The notes beneath the pieces are model-generated. The model was given only the letters and a program-made list of their open reading frames with translations, did no database searches and had not been told where the DNA came from. DNA of 64,000 nucleotides from Patescibacteria group bacterium (lineage in GTDB: Bacteria > Patescibacteriota > Patescibacteriia > PEXW01): assembly GCA_041671325.1 (NCBI GenBank), contig JBAZBR010000002.1:73978-137977 (forward strand). The letters are read 5' to 3'. Made by a program: the position numbers and the translations under genes. Numbering within the stretch: position 1 is the stretch's first letter; every line of letters begins with the position of its first letter. Below are positions 9,206-19,953 of the stretch, piece after piece.

Positions 9206-9841
9206 ATGCTCCCTCTTAATTATTTTATGTCTGGTCAGCCGCTTGAAGCCTTGGCGTCATTGCTGGCTATTATCATTGCCATTACCATCCATGAATTCAG
9301 CCATGCTTTTTCTTCCTTGCTCCAAGGCGATAGCACAGCAGAAATTGAAGGCCGAGTGACTTTAAATCCCGTCTCCCATGTGGACATTTGGGGTTTGTTG
9401 GCTTTAATTTTTCTGGGTTTTGGCTGGGGCAAGCCAGTGCCTTTTAATCCTTATAATTTGAAGTTTAAAAAATGGGGTCCGGCCTTAGTCTCTCTGGCTG
9501 GGCCATTTTCTAATTTACTGGGGGTAATTATATTTGGGCTTGCGCTTAGGCTGGTTTTGCAATTTGCGCATTTGCCGACCGATAACCTTTTAATCACCTT
9601 TTTATTCTTGTTGGTAATTTTCAATATTATCTTAATGCTTTTCAATTTATTGCCCATCCCGCCCCTTGACGGTTCCAAACTTTTGAATTTATTGCCCAAG
9701 CAATTTGATGGTTTAGTCCAGTTTTTCAACAAGTACGGTTTTGTAATCCTGATTGCCATAATTCTGTTCGGCCAGAAATATTTGGGCGCAATTTTTGGCT
9801 ATATTGAAAGGGGAATTTTGTCTTTAATCATCCCGGCATAA
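9206..9841 (+). CDS. Site-2 protease family zinc metallopeptidase (M50), short form
   Basis: HEFSHAF (HExxH) in TM, NLLPIPPLDGSKLL motif. Confidence 0.8.
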   Translation: MLPLNYFMSGQPLEALASLLAIIIAITIHEFSHAFSSLLQGDSTAEIEGRVTLNPVSHVDIWGLLALIFLGFGWGKPVPFNPYNLKFKKWGPALVSLAGPFSNLLGVIIFGLALRLVLQFAHLPTDNLLITFLFLLVIFNIILMLFNLLPIPPLDGSKLLNLLPKQFDGLVQFFNKYGFVILIAIILFGQKYLGAIFGYIERGILSLIIPA

Positions 9842-9858
9842 GCTAAACAGCTAAAAGA

Positions 9859-9977
9859 GTTGACCCCGCACCACTTTCTAAAACAATCCAAATTTTTAAA
9901 TAAATAAAGAGATCAATTCTGGATAAGTATTCAATTAATAATAGGTAAATTTGTATGGAAAGTGGTGCGGGGTTGAC
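9859..9977. repeat. Element with perfect 20-bp terminal inverted repeats (GTTGACCCCGCACCACTTTC ... GAAAGTGGTGCGGGGTTGAC) around an AT-rich 79-nt core; MITE-like or structured RNA
   Basis: Exact reverse-complement arms at 9859-9878 and 9958-9977; a second copy with near-identical arms at 29115-29229. Confidence 0.7.
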
Positions 9978-10001
9978 AGGCGCGGGCTTCCGTGTTATTT
10001 T
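9973..10001 (+). promoter_or_regulatory. Candidate str-operon promoter TTGACA-N17-TATTTT embedded in the right arm of the IR element
   Basis: TTGACA at 9973 with a 17-nt spacer, ~90 nt upstream of rpsL. Confidence 0.35.
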
Positions 10002-10092
10002 TTCAATTACTGAAAACACTTTAATTCCCCATGTCGATTCTTGCGAAAGTGGGGCTAAGAATCTCCACTTCGGCTTTTTATACTTAAAAAAC

Positions 10093-10506
10093 ATGCCAAC
10101 AGTCAACCAATTAGTCAGAAAAGGCAGAAAATCCAATAAAATCAAGTCTAAAACTCCGGCCTTACAGCCAGTTTTGAATGCTATGAAGCGCTTTCGCCAT
10201 GAGTTGCCAGAAGGCAGCCCATTTAAGCGCGGAGTTTGCGTCAAGGTGACTACCACCACCCCTAAAAAACCAAATTCGGCTTTGAGAAAAATTGCCAGAG
10301 TTCGGTTGTCCAATGGCATGGAAGTAACTGCTTATATCCCAGGCATTGGCCATAATTTACAGGAACACTCAATCGTTTTAATACGTGGCGGTCGGGTTAA
10401 GGATTTGCCAGGCGTCAGGTACCACATTGTCAGGGGAGTCTATGATACCCAAGGCGTGGCCAACCGCAAACAAGGCCGCAGTCTATACGGCGCCAAGAAA
10501 CAATAA
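10093..10506 (+). CDS. rpsL: 30S ribosomal protein S12
   Basis: [13 protein letters not shown]... start; the track ORF 9955.. is an upstream extension through the repeat. Confidence 0.95.
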   Translation: MPTVNQLVRKGRKSNKIKSKTPALQPVLNAMKRFRHELPEGSPFKRGVCVKVTTTTPKKPNSALRKIARVRLSNGMEVTAYIPGIGHNLQEHSIVLIRGGRVKDLPGVRYHIVRGVYDTQGVANRKQGRSLYGAKKQ

Positions 10507-10509
10507 TAT

Positions 10510-10974
10510 ATGCACGGAAAGCAAGCTAAAAAAAGAATAATCAAACCGGATACCAAGTATAAAAGCGTGGCGATTGCAAAGTTTATCAATTACGTTATGG
10601 AGCGTGGTAAAAAATCAGTTGCCCAGAAAATCGTTTACAGCGCTTTGGATTTGGTGGCTGAAAAGACCGGCAAAAAGCCTTTGGATGCTTTTGAATTAGC
10701 CATCAGGAATGTTTCTCCAGTGGTGGAAGTCAAGTCCCGCCGGGTGGGCGGTGCCAATTACCAGGTGCCAATTGAGGTTCGGGGCGAAAGGAAAATGGCC
10801 TTGGCTTATCGCTGGCTTTTGGAAGCCGCCCGGAACAAAAAGGGCAAACCCATGCATGAAAAATTAGCGACGGAAATTATCGGTTCAATCAATAACGAAG
10901 GCGATGCGATCAAGAAAAAACAGGATGTCCATCGCATGGCAGAGGCAAATAGGGCTTTTGCACACTTCGCTTAG
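10510..10974 (+). CDS. rpsG: 30S ribosomal protein S7
   Basis: Conserved S7 sequence, position in the str operon. Confidence 0.95.
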   Translation: MHGKQAKKRIIKPDTKYKSVAIAKFINYVMERGKKSVAQKIVYSALDLVAEKTGKKPLDAFELAIRNVSPVVEVKSRRVGGANYQVPIEVRGERKMALAYRWLLEAARNKKGKPMHEKLATEIIGSINNEGDAIKKKQDVHRMAEANRAFAHFA

Positions 10975-10997
10975 ACCTTGGATTACGAAATACGAAT

Positions 10998-11426
10998 TTG
11001 AGTACGAATGTGCGAAATACGAATAAATCAAAGTCAAAGCTCTGGCGAAAGGATCTTGTTTACCCAGAACTAAGTTATCAGATCGTTGGCATTCTTTTTG
11101 AAGTTTATAATCAACTAGGATCAGGTTTCCCCGAAAAAGTATATCAGCGGGCAGTTGCTCAGAGGTTGCGGCAGATTCGCATATCATTCTCTGAACAAGT
11201 GCCGGCAAATGTACTTGATCAAGGTGAAGTTCTCGGTCGCTATTTCCTTGATTTCCTGATTGAATACAAATTAGTTTTAGAACTAAAACGCAATAGCCGC
11301 GCACCACTAAAAGATATGCAACAAGTTTTAGGTTATTTAAAAGCGACTGGATTGCAACTAGGAATTCTTGCTGATTTTACCAGTCATGGCGTTCAGTATA
11401 GACGTATTTTGAATCTTCATTCGTAA
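10998..11426 (+). CDS. GxxExxY-family protein (PD-(D/E)xK-like), inserted between rpsG and fusA
   Basis: LSYQIVGILFEVYNQLGSGFPEKVYQRAVAQRL...LDFLIEYKLVLELK...QVLGYLKATGLQLGILADF matches the GxxExxY family; the N-terminal ~15 aa are encoded by the TACGAA repeat and the true start may be internal. Confidence 0.7.
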   Translation: MSTNVRNTNKSKSKLWRKDLVYPELSYQIVGILFEVYNQLGSGFPEKVYQRAVAQRLRQIRISFSEQVPANVLDQGEVLGRYFLDFLIEYKLVLELKRNSRAPLKDMQQVLGYLKATGLQLGILADFTSHGVQYRRILNLHS

Positions 11427-11463
11427 TTAGTATTTTCGTATCCTTTTTCGTAATTCGTAATTT

Positions 11464-13539
11464 ATGCCAAGAGAGTATTCATTAGAAGATACCAGAAATA
11501 TTGGGATTATTGCCCATATTGATGCGGGAAAAACCACTGTTTCCGAGCGGATTTTGTTTTATACCGGCAAAAAGCACAAGATTGGCGAAGTTCATGAAGG
11601 GGAAGCGGAAATGGATTGGATGGAGCAAGAAAAGGAACGCGGTATTACCATCACCGCAGCGGCCACTACTTGTTTTTGGAAAAACAAGCGCATCAACCTT
11701 ATTGACACCCCAGGCCACATAGATTTTACGGTTGAGGTCCAGCGCTCTTTGCGGGTTCTCGACGGCGGTGTAGTAGTTTTTGACGGCGTGGCCGGCGTGG
11801 AATCTCAGTCCGAAACTGTTTGGCACCAGGCTGAAAAATTCGGCGTGCCCAGAATTTGTTTTATTAATAAAATGGACCGCATGGGTGCAGATTTTTACTA
11901 TGACATTAAAAGCATTCACGAACGTTTAACTACCCGCGCGCATCCTCTGCAACTGCCAATTGGTGCGGCCGAGACTTTCAAAGGCATAATTGATTTGTTT
12001 GAACGCAAAGCTTTTATTTATAACGATGATCTGGGCAAAGAACTTCAGGTCATTGAAGTGCCAGCAGACATGAAAGAAAAAGTTGAAGACTATCGGCACC
12101 AATTAATTGAAGCCATTGTCGAACAGGATGAAAAACTCCTGAATCAATACTTAGAAGGCAAAGAGCCTTCATTGGAAGACTTGAAAAAAGTTTTAAGGCA
12201 AGCCTGCATCAAGAATGAAATTGTGCCAATTCTTTGCGGTTCGGCTTTGAAAAATAAAGGCGTGCAGTTTTTACTCGATGCGGTTGTTGAATATTTGCCA
12301 AATCCATTGGAAATCCCTCCGACTAAAGGCAAAGACCCAAAAACCGAAGCTGAAATTATTTGCGAACCAAGCGATGAACAACCTTTTGCCGCTTTAGTCT
12401 TCAAAATAGCCGCTGATCCTTTTGTTGGTAAACTGGCCTTTTTCCGGGTTTACTCCGGATCTTTAAACGCTGGTTCTTACGTGATTAACACCTCGACTGG
12501 TGAAAAAGAGCGTATTGGCAGAATTATCCGTTTGCATGCCAACCACCGAGAAGACATGGAAGCAGTTTATGCTGGAGAAATTGCTGCAGCCGTAGGCTTG
12601 AAAAGCACTTTCACCGGCCAGACAATTTGCGATCCAGCCAGGCCGATTGTTTTGGAAAGCATTACCTTCCCAGCGCCAGTCATTGACCTGGCCATTGAAC
12701 CAAAAACCAAGGCTGACCAGGAAAAGATGGGTTTTGCCATCCAAAGATTAGCAGAAGAAGACCCGACTTTCCGGGTTAAATTTGATGATGAAACCAACCA
12801 GACTATAATTTCCGGCATGGGTGAATTACATTTGGATATTATTGTTGATCGGATGAAACGAGAATTTAAAGTTGAAGCTAATGTCGGCAAACCCCAAGTC
12901 GCTTATAAAGAGACCATTACCGGCGAAGCGGAAGGCGAAGGCAAATACATTCGCCAGACTGGTGGCCGCGGTCAATATGGGCATTGCTGGGTCAAAGTGA
13001 AACCCCAGGAGCGCGGCAAGGGCTACGAATTTGTGGATGAAGTGAAAGGCGGCGCCATCCCGCGTGAATTCATCCAACCAATCAACAAAGGCATAAAAGA
13101 AGCTTTAGACAAAGGCATAATTGCCGGCTACCCCGTAATCGATATGCAGGTTACGGTATATGACGGCACTTACCACGATGTTGATTCTTCGGAAATGGCT
13201 TTTAAAATTGCCGGTTCCATGGCTGTGCAAGCCGCGGTAAAAAGGGCTAAGCCGGTTTTACTTGAACCAATCATGAAAATAGAAGTTGTTACCCCTGAAT
13301 TATTTATGGGGGATGTAATTGGGGATTTGAATTCCAAGCGGGCGCAAATTAAAGAAATGCGGGATCGGGGCAATATGAAAGTAATCGATGCAACCGTACC
13401 TTTGGCGGAGATGTTTGGCTACGCAACTGCCTTAAGATCCATGACCCAGGGCCGAGCCTCATATTCCATGGAATTTTCGAATTATGCGGAAGTGCCTAGG
13501 AATGTGACTGAAGGCATTATCGCCAAAGCTAAAGAGTAA
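11464..13539 (+). CDS. fusA: Elongation factor G
   Basis: [17 protein letters not shown], full-length EF-G. Confidence 0.97.
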   Translation: MPREYSLEDTRNIGIIAHIDAGKTTVSERILFYTGKKHKIGEVHEGEAEMDWMEQEKERGITITAAATTCFWKNKRINLIDTPGHIDFTVEVQRSLRVLDGGVVVFDGVAGVESQSETVWHQAEKFGVPRICFINKMDRMGADFYYDIKSIHERLTTRAHPLQLPIGAAETFKGIIDLFERKAFIYNDDLGKELQVIEVPADMKEKVEDYRHQLIEAIVEQDEKLLNQYLEGKEPSLEDLKKVLRQACIKNEIVPILCGSALKNKGVQFLLDAVVEYLPNPLEIPPTKGKDPKTEAEIICEPSDEQPFAALVFKIAADPFVGKLAFFRVYSGSLNAGSYVINTSTGEKERIGRIIRLHANHREDMEAVYAGEIAAAVGLKSTFTGQTICDPARPIVLESITFPAPVIDLAIEPKTKADQEKMGFAIQRLAEEDPTFRVKFDDETNQTIISGMGELHLDIIVDRMKREFKVEANVGKPQVAYKETITGEAEGEGKYIRQTGGRGQYGHCWVKVKPQERGKGYEFVDEVKGGAIPREFIQPINKGIKEALDKGIIAGYPVIDMQVTVYDGTYHDVDSSEMAFKIAGSMAVQAAVKRAKPVLLEPIMKIEVVTPELFMGDVIGDLNSKRAQIKEMRDRGNMKVIDATVPLAEMFGYATALRSMTQGRASYSMEFSNYAEVPRNVTEGIIAKAKE

Positions 13540-13652
13540 GAACCTTCGGGTTTGACGAAAAATTAATGTTCTGTTATACTCGCATTTGCACTTCAGTCAA
13601 CTTTTTCAAACTAATTTCAATTATTTTTTCAATTAATTAACCTAATAAGACA

Positions 13653-14837
13653 ATGGCAGAAAACTTTGACCGTTCAAAACCGCACGTCAATGTCGGAACT
13701 ATTGGCCACGTTGACCACGGCAAGACCACTTTGACTGCGGCTATCTTAAAAACCCTGGCTGAGAGGGGTTTTATCGCTCAGCAAAAAGGCGTTGACCAGA
13801 TTGATAACGCTCCTGAAGAAAAAGCCCGGGGTATCACTATTGCCACTGCTCACGTGGAATATGAATCAGAAAAGCGCCACTATGCCCACGTTGACTGTCC
13901 GGGCCATGCCGATTATGTCAAAAACATGATTACTGGCGCAGCCCAGATGGACGGCGCAATCCTAGTAGTTTCCGCAGCTGATGGCCCTATGCCTCAGACC
14001 CGCGAACACATTTTATTGGCTCGCCAAGTTGGCGTGCCATACATTATCGTCTTTTTGAATAAAGTCGATATGGTCAATGATCCGGAATTGATTGATTTGG
14101 TGGAAGTTGAAATCAGGGATCTTTTGAAAAAATACGAATTTCCTGGCGATACCACCCCGATCATTCGTGGTTCAGCCTTAAAGGCTCTGGAAGGTGATAA
14201 AGCCAACCAGGATGCCGTCATGCAGTTGATCAAAACCTTGGATGAATATATTCCAGAGCCTAAGCGTGACTTAGACAAGCCTTTCTTAATGCCAGTTGAA
14301 GATATTTTTTCAATCGAAGGTCGCGGCACCGTGGCCACTGGCAGGATCGAAAGAGGCGTCGTTAAGATTAATGATGAAGTGGAAATTGTCGGCCTTCATG
14401 CAACCAAAAAAACCGTGGTTACCGGCATTGAAATGTTCAATAAGTCTTTAGCCCAAGGCCAGGCAGGCGATAATGCTGGTCTTTTGCTCAGAGGCACCAA
14501 AAAGGAAGAAGTTGAAAGAGGCCAGGTAATGGCCAAACCCGGCACAATCACGCCTCATACCGAATTTGAATCAGAATGCGTGATTTTGACCAAAGAAGAA
14601 GGCGGCCGGCATACCCCGTTCATGAAGGGTTATAAACCACAATTTTATATTCGGACTACTGATGTTACTGGCGAAGTAATCTTGCCTGAAGGTACGGAAA
14701 TGGTCATGCCAGGCGATACCGTAAAATTAAACGTAATCTTAGTAGCCCCAGTTGCTTTGGAAGAAAAACAGAGGTTTGCCATTCGGGAAGGCGGCCACAC
14801 TGTTGGCGCGGGAGTTGTAACCAAAATTACTAAATAA
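13653..14837 (+). CDS. tuf: Elongation factor Tu
   Basis: [21 protein letters not shown], 394 aa. Confidence 0.97.
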   Translation: MAENFDRSKPHVNVGTIGHVDHGKTTLTAAILKTLAERGFIAQQKGVDQIDNAPEEKARGITIATAHVEYESEKRHYAHVDCPGHADYVKNMITGAAQMDGAILVVSAADGPMPQTREHILLARQVGVPYIIVFLNKVDMVNDPELIDLVEVEIRDLLKKYEFPGDTTPIIRGSALKALEGDKANQDAVMQLIKTLDEYIPEPKRDLDKPFLMPVEDIFSIEGRGTVATGRIERGVVKINDEVEIVGLHATKKTVVTGIEMFNKSLAQGQAGDNAGLLLRGTKKEEVERGQVMAKPGTITPHTEFESECVILTKEEGGRHTPFMKGYKPQFYIRTTDVTGEVILPEGTEMVMPGDTVKLNVILVAPVALEEKQRFAIREGGHTVGAGVVTKITK

Positions 14838-14849
14838 TGCATACAATTG

Positions 14850-14877
14850 CCCCAGCCCCGCGAACGCGGGGCTGGGG
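14850..14877 (+). promoter_or_regulatory. GC-rich hairpin (13-bp stem) between tuf and rpsJ, no clear U-tract
   Basis: CCCCAGCCCCGCG-AA-CGCGGGGCTGGGG. Confidence 0.4.
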
Positions 14878-14920
14878 CACAGCTGTAACTTTAAGCTCTT
14901 TTGCCCTTTAATATCAACCA

Positions 14921-15280
14921 ATGAACGCAGACGAAACCAAACTTAATAATCAAGTCCCCAAAACAGAAGAAGAAATCCACCAGAGGATTCGCATCCGCAT
15001 CCGTGGCTATGACCATAAAATTATTGATCAATCAATAGTCACAATCATAGATACTGCCAAACGGACCGGAGCCCAAGTCAAGGGGCCAATTCCATTACCA
15101 ACTGAAAAAAATCGCTTTACCGTGATTCGCTCTTCGTTTGCCCATAAAAATTCCCGCGAGCAGTATGAAATGCGTACCCACAAGCGCCTGCTGGATATTT
15201 TAGACCCAACCCCTAAGACGGTTGACGCCTTGATGAACTTAAATTTACCAGCCGGGGTTGACGTGGAAATAAAAATGTAG
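14921..15280 (+). CDS. rpsJ: 30S ribosomal protein S10 (with ~17-aa N-terminal extension)
   Basis: [18 protein letters not shown] core. Confidence 0.9.
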   Translation: MNADETKLNNQVPKTEEEIHQRIRIRIRGYDHKIIDQSIVTIIDTAKRTGAQVKGPIPLPTEKNRFTVIRSSFAHKNSREQYEMRTHKRLLDILDPTPKTVDALMNLNLPAGVDVEIKM

Positions 15281-15491
15281 TTAAATGTTGTAAGGCTAAG
15301 TAAAGTTGAAAAACTCAGCTTAACCTTAAAACATTTATTAAACCTATCGGCAGATAGGTTCTCGGGCTGAAAATATAAGTTTAAAGCAGCCTTAAGCCCA
15401 GAGATAACGATTTGCCCATTCTTTCAATAGTCAAAACTATTGAAAGTAATCTGGCATATCAATTCAGCCAGATTTTATTTATTCAGAAATT
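15281..15491 (+). promoter_or_regulatory. Structured 210-nt spacer between rpsJ and rplC with several perfect hairpins and a terminator-like hairpin + U-tract at 15448-15480
   Basis: CCTATC/GATAGG; CTTTCAATAGT/ACTATTGAAAG (11 bp); AATCTGGC/GCCAGATT followed by TTTTATTT. Confidence 0.5.
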
Positions 15492-16115
15492 ATGCCGTTT
15501 ATTTTAGCCAAAAAAATTGGTTTAAGCCAAAGATTCAAGGAAAACGGGAATGTCGTTCCGGTTACTTTGGTACAAGCTGGTCCCTGCGTTATTACTCAGG
15601 TTAAAACCTCGGAAAAAGATGGTTATTTGGCGGTGCAGCTGGGTTTTGAGGAAACTAAAAAAACCCTGCATAAAGCTAAGGCTGGACATTTAAAAAATTT
15701 GAAGATGTTAAAATTTTTAAAAGAATTCAAGGTTAAAGAAAAAGGTGATTTTGAAAGAGGTAAAGAAATTGACGCATCGGTATTTAAACCAGGTGATAAG
15801 GTGAAAGTAACTGGAACCTCCAAAGGCAAAGGTTTTCAAGGTGTGGTTAGGCGCCATCATTTCGCCGGCGGTCCGGCCAGCCACGGCCATAAGGATAATC
15901 TGCGCATGCCTGGTTCAATTGGCGCCACTTTCCCCCAGCACGTCATGAAAGGTTTAAGAATGGCTGGCCATATGGGTTCGGAAAAAGTAAGCGTTAGGAA
16001 TTTGGAAATTATTGAAGTAGATTTAAAAGAAAATTTACTTGTCATAAAAGGCGCAGTGCCAGGAGTCAGGAATTCTTTATTAATGATCCAGACCGTACAA
16101 AAATATGGACGCTAA
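15492..16115 (+). CDS. rplC: 50S ribosomal protein L3
   Basis: Homology, operon order. Confidence 0.95.
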   Translation: MPFILAKKIGLSQRFKENGNVVPVTLVQAGPCVITQVKTSEKDGYLAVQLGFEETKKTLHKAKAGHLKNLKMLKFLKEFKVKEKGDFERGKEIDASVFKPGDKVKVTGTSKGKGFQGVVRRHHFAGGPASHGHKDNLRMPGSIGATFPQHVMKGLRMAGHMGSEKVSVRNLEIIEVDLKENLLVIKGAVPGVRNSLLMIQTVQKYGR

Positions 16116-16755
16116 GATTTTAAAAATATCAGTGTTCAACAGCGAAGGCAAAGCCTTGAAAGAAGTCCAATTAGACAAGGAGATTTTTGGCGTTAAACCC
16201 GATTTAGAATTGTTACATTTTGTCGTTAATGCGTATCTTGCAAACAAGAGACTGGGCTTGGCCCACACCAAAACCAAATCTGAAGTCAGGGGTGGCGGTC
16301 GCAAGCCCTGGCGCCAAAAAGGCACAGGCCGGGCTCGCCAAGGCTCAATTCGCAGTCCTCAATGGCGCGGTGGCGGTATAACTTTTGGTCCGCGTTCAGA
16401 TCGGAATTGGTCAGTTAAAGTCAACCAAAAAGTTAAGACCAAAGCCTTGGGCATGTCTTTATCAGCTAAAGCCCAAGACGCAAAGATTACCTTGATAGAT
16501 GTTTTGCCCGTAGACGGGAAAACCAACTCAATCGTTAAGTTATTAAAAGCCATCAAGGTTCGAAGATCACCCCTGATCATTCCATCAAAAACTACCCCTG
16601 AAATTTTAAGGGCTTGCCGCAATATAAAAGATTTACAGGTTTTGCGTGCGGATAGTTTGAATGCACACGACGTATTAAAAGCCAAGCATTTGGTTATATT
16701 GGTAGATAGTTTGGAAGTAATTAAAAAAACCTTTTTCAAGAAAGCTAGTAAATAA
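16105..16755 (+). CDS. rplD: 50S ribosomal protein L4
   Basis: Homology, operon order. Confidence 0.95.
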   Translation: MDAKILKISVFNSEGKALKEVQLDKEIFGVKPDLELLHFVVNAYLANKRLGLAHTKTKSEVRGGGRKPWRQKGTGRARQGSIRSPQWRGGGITFGPRSDRNWSVKVNQKVKTKALGMSLSAKAQDAKITLIDVLPVDGKTNSIVKLLKAIKVRRSPLIIPSKTTPEILRACRNIKDLQVLRADSLNAHDVLKAKHLVILVDSLEVIKKTFFKKASK

Positions 16756-16760
16756 ATTAT

Positions 16761-17204
16761 ATGGGACTTTTTGATCGAATTAAGAAAAAGCATGAAAATG
16801 TCGGCAAAGATAAAAAACCGATCAATGTTACTGATGCAAAAAAATCAGAGAAAAAGCCAGAATCAGAAAAGAAAGAAAAACCCATTCATAAATCAGAAAA
16901 AATCAAGGTGGTTAAACAAAACACCCGTGAAGCGTATCGGATTTTATCCGGCCATATTCAAACCGAGAAAGCCTCCCGAGTCGGCAAGCTTAACCAATAT
17001 GTTTTTGCGGCTCCAGCCAACGTGACGAAAATTGAAATTGCCCAGGCAGTCGTCGCTTTATACGGCGTTAAACCCATTAAAATAACAACCGTTAAAGTCC
17101 ATGGCAAGGCTGTCAGGTTCGGCCGGACTAAGGGTAATCAGAAATCCTGGAAAAAAGTTTTTGTGAAACTCAAAACTGGCGAAACAATTGATACTTCCAA
17201 TTAA
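16761..17204 (+). CDS. rplW: 50S ribosomal protein L23 with ~50-aa Lys-rich N-terminal extension
   Basis: C-terminal L23 core; N-terminal KK-rich low-complexity region. Confidence 0.9.
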   Translation: MGLFDRIKKKHENVGKDKKPINVTDAKKSEKKPESEKKEKPIHKSEKIKVVKQNTREAYRILSGHIQTEKASRVGKLNQYVFAAPANVTKIEIAQAVVALYGVKPIKITTVKVHGKAVRFGRTKGNQKSWKKVFVKLKTGETIDTSN

Positions 17205-17207
17205 TCT

Positions 17208-18047
17208 ATGGCAATAAAAGCTTACAAACCAACAACCCCAGGCCGAAGATTTGCATCTGTCAGCGACTGGAAGCACGAAGTCACTAAAAGTGAACCTGAA
17301 AAATCATTATTGGTTGAAAAAAGACGCAAAGCCGGCCGGAACAACCAAGGCAAGATTACCATGCGGCATCGGGGCGGCGGCGCTAAACGTAAAATCAGGT
17401 TAGTTGATTTTTTACAAAATAAGTTGGATATTCCAGGCAAGGTCATTGGTATTGAATATGATCCAAACCGTTCAGCCCGTATTGCTTTATTGCAATATCC
17501 AGATGGCGAAAAAAAGTACATTTTAGCTTCAGCGGATTTAAAGCCAGGCATGGAAGTCGTCAGCTCCAACAAACGTACGGAAATAAACCCAAGCAACCGC
17601 ATGCCGCTTAAGGAAATTCCTGTCGGCATGCAAATTTACAATCTTGAATTGGTCCCGGGTCATGGCGGTATTGCCGTCCGTTCAGCTGGATCTTGGGGAA
17701 CAGTTATGGCCGTGGAGGGCAATATGGCTCAAGTGAAAATGTCTTCAGGCGAAATCAGGTCAATTCCTGGCAATGCCAAAGCTTCACTCGGCCAAGTATC
17801 AAATATTGAACACAGAAATGTTAGGTTGGGGACAGCCGGCCGACGCCGGCATATGGGTTTCCGGCCAACCGTCAGGGGTAAAGTCATGAATCCAGTAGAT
17901 CACCCGCATGGTGGTGGTGAAGGCAACCAGCCAATTGGCATGAAACATCCCAAAACTCCTTGGGGCAAGCCAGCCCTGGGCGTCAAAACCCGCAAAAAAG
18001 GCAAATATTCCAGCCGTTTTATCTTAAAAACCAGAAAGTCTAAATAA
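17208..18047 (+). CDS. rplB: 50S ribosomal protein L2
   Basis: Homology. Confidence 0.97.
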   Translation: MAIKAYKPTTPGRRFASVSDWKHEVTKSEPEKSLLVEKRRKAGRNNQGKITMRHRGGGAKRKIRLVDFLQNKLDIPGKVIGIEYDPNRSARIALLQYPDGEKKYILASADLKPGMEVVSSNKRTEINPSNRMPLKEIPVGMQIYNLELVPGHGGIAVRSAGSWGTVMAVEGNMAQVKMSSGEIRSIPGNAKASLGQVSNIEHRNVRLGTAGRRRHMGFRPTVRGKVMNPVDHPHGGGEGNQPIGMKHPKTPWGKPALGVKTRKKGKYSSRFILKTRKSK

Positions 18048-18051
18048 TCAT

Positions 18052-18393
18052 ATGTCTAGATCTCTAAAAAAAGGACCATTTACCGACCCAAAATTATTAA
18101 AAAAAGTTGGCAAGCTTAGGGTTGGAGACAAAACCATTATTAAAACTTGGTCCAGAGATTCGGTGATTACTCCGGAAATGGTCGGTTTCACTTTTGGCGT
18201 GCATAATGGTAAAAATCATATCTCAGTTTTAGTATCAGAAAATATGGTCGGCCATCGTTTGGGTGAATTTTCCCCCACCCGAAAATTCGTAAGACATGGC
18301 GGTCGCATGCAAAGGGATGCCGAAATAGCCGCGGCTGCAACAACAAAGACCGACATTTCAGCTACGCCTTCAAAAACCCCAGAAAAGAAATAA
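18052..18393 (+). CDS. rpsS: 30S ribosomal protein S19 (C-terminal extension)
   Basis: Homology. Confidence 0.95.
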   Translation: MSRSLKKGPFTDPKLLKKVGKLRVGDKTIIKTWSRDSVITPEMVGFTFGVHNGKNHISVLVSENMVGHRLGEFSPTRKFVRHGGRMQRDAEIAAAATTKTDISATPSKTPEKK

Positions 18394-18396
18394 TAT

Positions 18397-18870
18397 ATGG
18401 ACAGTAAAGCCATTTTAAAAAACATCAGGATTTCTCCAAGAAAAGTCAGATTAGTGGCTGATTTATTGCGGGGCAAGCCAGTCGACCAAGCCACGCAAAT
18501 TTTACAGAATCTTTCCAAAGGCAGCGCCCGGCCATTGTTAAAATTGTTAAAATCGGCCGTGGCCAATGCCAAGCAAAAATTGTCAGTTTCTGATGATAAG
18601 CTGATCATTAGTTCGATTACGGTTGATATGGCTCCCAGATTAAAGCGCTATAAACAAAAAGCCATGGGCAAGGCTGATATTATTTTGAAACATGCCTCGC
18701 ATATCACTTTAAACTTAAAATCAGTCATTGATGATAAAATTTCAAAAAATGAAAAAACCGAAAAATCCGGCAAAACCGGAAAAGAGGTTAAGGTTGAGAA
18801 TGCAAAAAAAGAAAAAACCGAAAAAGATGCCAAAAAAGTTTCAAAATCAATAAAGCCAGAAAGCAAATAG
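18397..18870 (+). CDS. rplV: 50S ribosomal protein L22 (Lys-rich C-terminal extension)
   Basis: Homology. Confidence 0.95.
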   Translation: MDSKAILKNIRISPRKVRLVADLLRGKPVDQATQILQNLSKGSARPLLKLLKSAVANAKQKLSVSDDKLIISSITVDMAPRLKRYKQKAMGKADIILKHASHITLNLKSVIDDKISKNEKTEKSGKTGKEVKVENAKKEKTEKDAKKVSKSIKPESK

Positions 18871-18873
18871 CAT

Positions 18874-19530
18874 ATGGGACAAAAAACACATCCAATTGGT
18901 TTTCGCCTCGGGATTACTACAGAATGGAGTTCAAAGTGGTTTATTAAGCGCGGCTTTCATCAACTTTTAAAACAGGATGTTGAAGTAAAAAAATATATCA
19001 GGAACAAACTGCGCGCTGCTGGCATAGCTCGAGTGGAAGTGGAAAGGTCTGGCAGTACCGTGACAGTCACTATCGTCACCGCAAAACCTGGCATTGTTAT
19101 TGGCCGTGGCGGCGCCGGGGTTGAAGATTTGAAAAAATCCTTGGCAAAATTTTTCCCAGGCGACAATAAATTCCGGGTGAATATCCAGGAAGTTGCCAAT
19201 CCGGCCGTGGTAGCGCAACTAGTCGTCCAGAATATGATTGAACAGCTGGAAAAACGTCTGCCTTTCCGCCGGATATTAAAGCAATCGATTGAACAGGTAA
19301 AAAAAGGCGGCGGCCAAGGCGTTAAAGTCATGGTGGCCGGCAGATTGAATGGCGCTGATATTGCCCGGACCGAATCCTTAAGCTGGGGAAAATTGCCTTT
19401 GCAGACCTTACGGGCGGATGTGGATTTTGCCAGGGGAGTGGCCTTTACAACCTATGGCGCAATTGGCGTGAAAGCTTGGGTTTATCGCGGTGAAATTTTT
19501 AATAAAAAATCCGAAGAGAAAAAAGATTAA
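18874..19530 (+). CDS. rpsC: 30S ribosomal protein S3
   Basis: Homology. Confidence 0.97.
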   Translation: MGQKTHPIGFRLGITTEWSSKWFIKRGFHQLLKQDVEVKKYIRNKLRAAGIARVEVERSGSTVTVTIVTAKPGIVIGRGGAGVEDLKKSLAKFFPGDNKFRVNIQEVANPAVVAQLVVQNMIEQLEKRLPFRRILKQSIEQVKKGGGQGVKVMVAGRLNGADIARTESLSWGKLPLQTLRADVDFARGVAFTTYGAIGVKAWVYRGEIFNKKSEEKKD

Positions 19531-19533
19531 CTT

Positions 19534-19950
19534 ATGTTTACACCTAGAAAAGTCAAACACCGAAAACACCACCGTGGACGAATCCGCGGCAATGCCACTC
19601 AAAAGATCAATTTGAGCTTCGGGTCTTATGGCTTGAAATCTTTGGAGCCTGGCTGGATTTCTTCCCGCCAGCTTGAAGCCGCACGCCGGGCGATTACCAG
19701 ATTGTTGCATAAGGGCGGTAAAGTTTGGATAAGAATATTCCCAGATAAAGCCGTAACCATAAAAGGCTCGGAAATACGCATGGGTGGAGGTAAAGGTCCG
19801 GTTGACCATTATGTGGCCGTGGTCAAACCTGGAACCATGCTTTTTGAACTTGATGGCATTACCCAGGAATTAGCTAAAGAAGCCATGAATTTAGCTGCTT
19901 ATAAATTGTCAGTAAAAACCAAATTTGTGACTAAAGCTGATACCCAATAA
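19534..19950 (+). CDS. rplP: 50S ribosomal protein L16
   Basis: Homology. Confidence 0.97.
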   Translation: MFTPRKVKHRKHHRGRIRGNATQKINLSFGSYGLKSLEPGWISSRQLEAARRAITRLLHKGGKVWIRIFPDKAVTIKGSEIRMGGGKGPVDHYVAVVKPGTMLFELDGITQELAKEAMNLAAYKLSVKTKFVTKADTQ

Positions 19951-19953
19951 GCT

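Noticed and set aside
9955-10506. Track ORF with N-terminus [12 protein letters not shown] upstream of rpsL, and the analogous MKSGAGLT N-terminus of ORF 28610..29137
   Set aside because: Both N-termini are encoded by the inverted-repeat element. rpsL starts at the canonical MPTVNQL ATG (10093) and the minus-strand gene starts at 29035 with a proper RBS.
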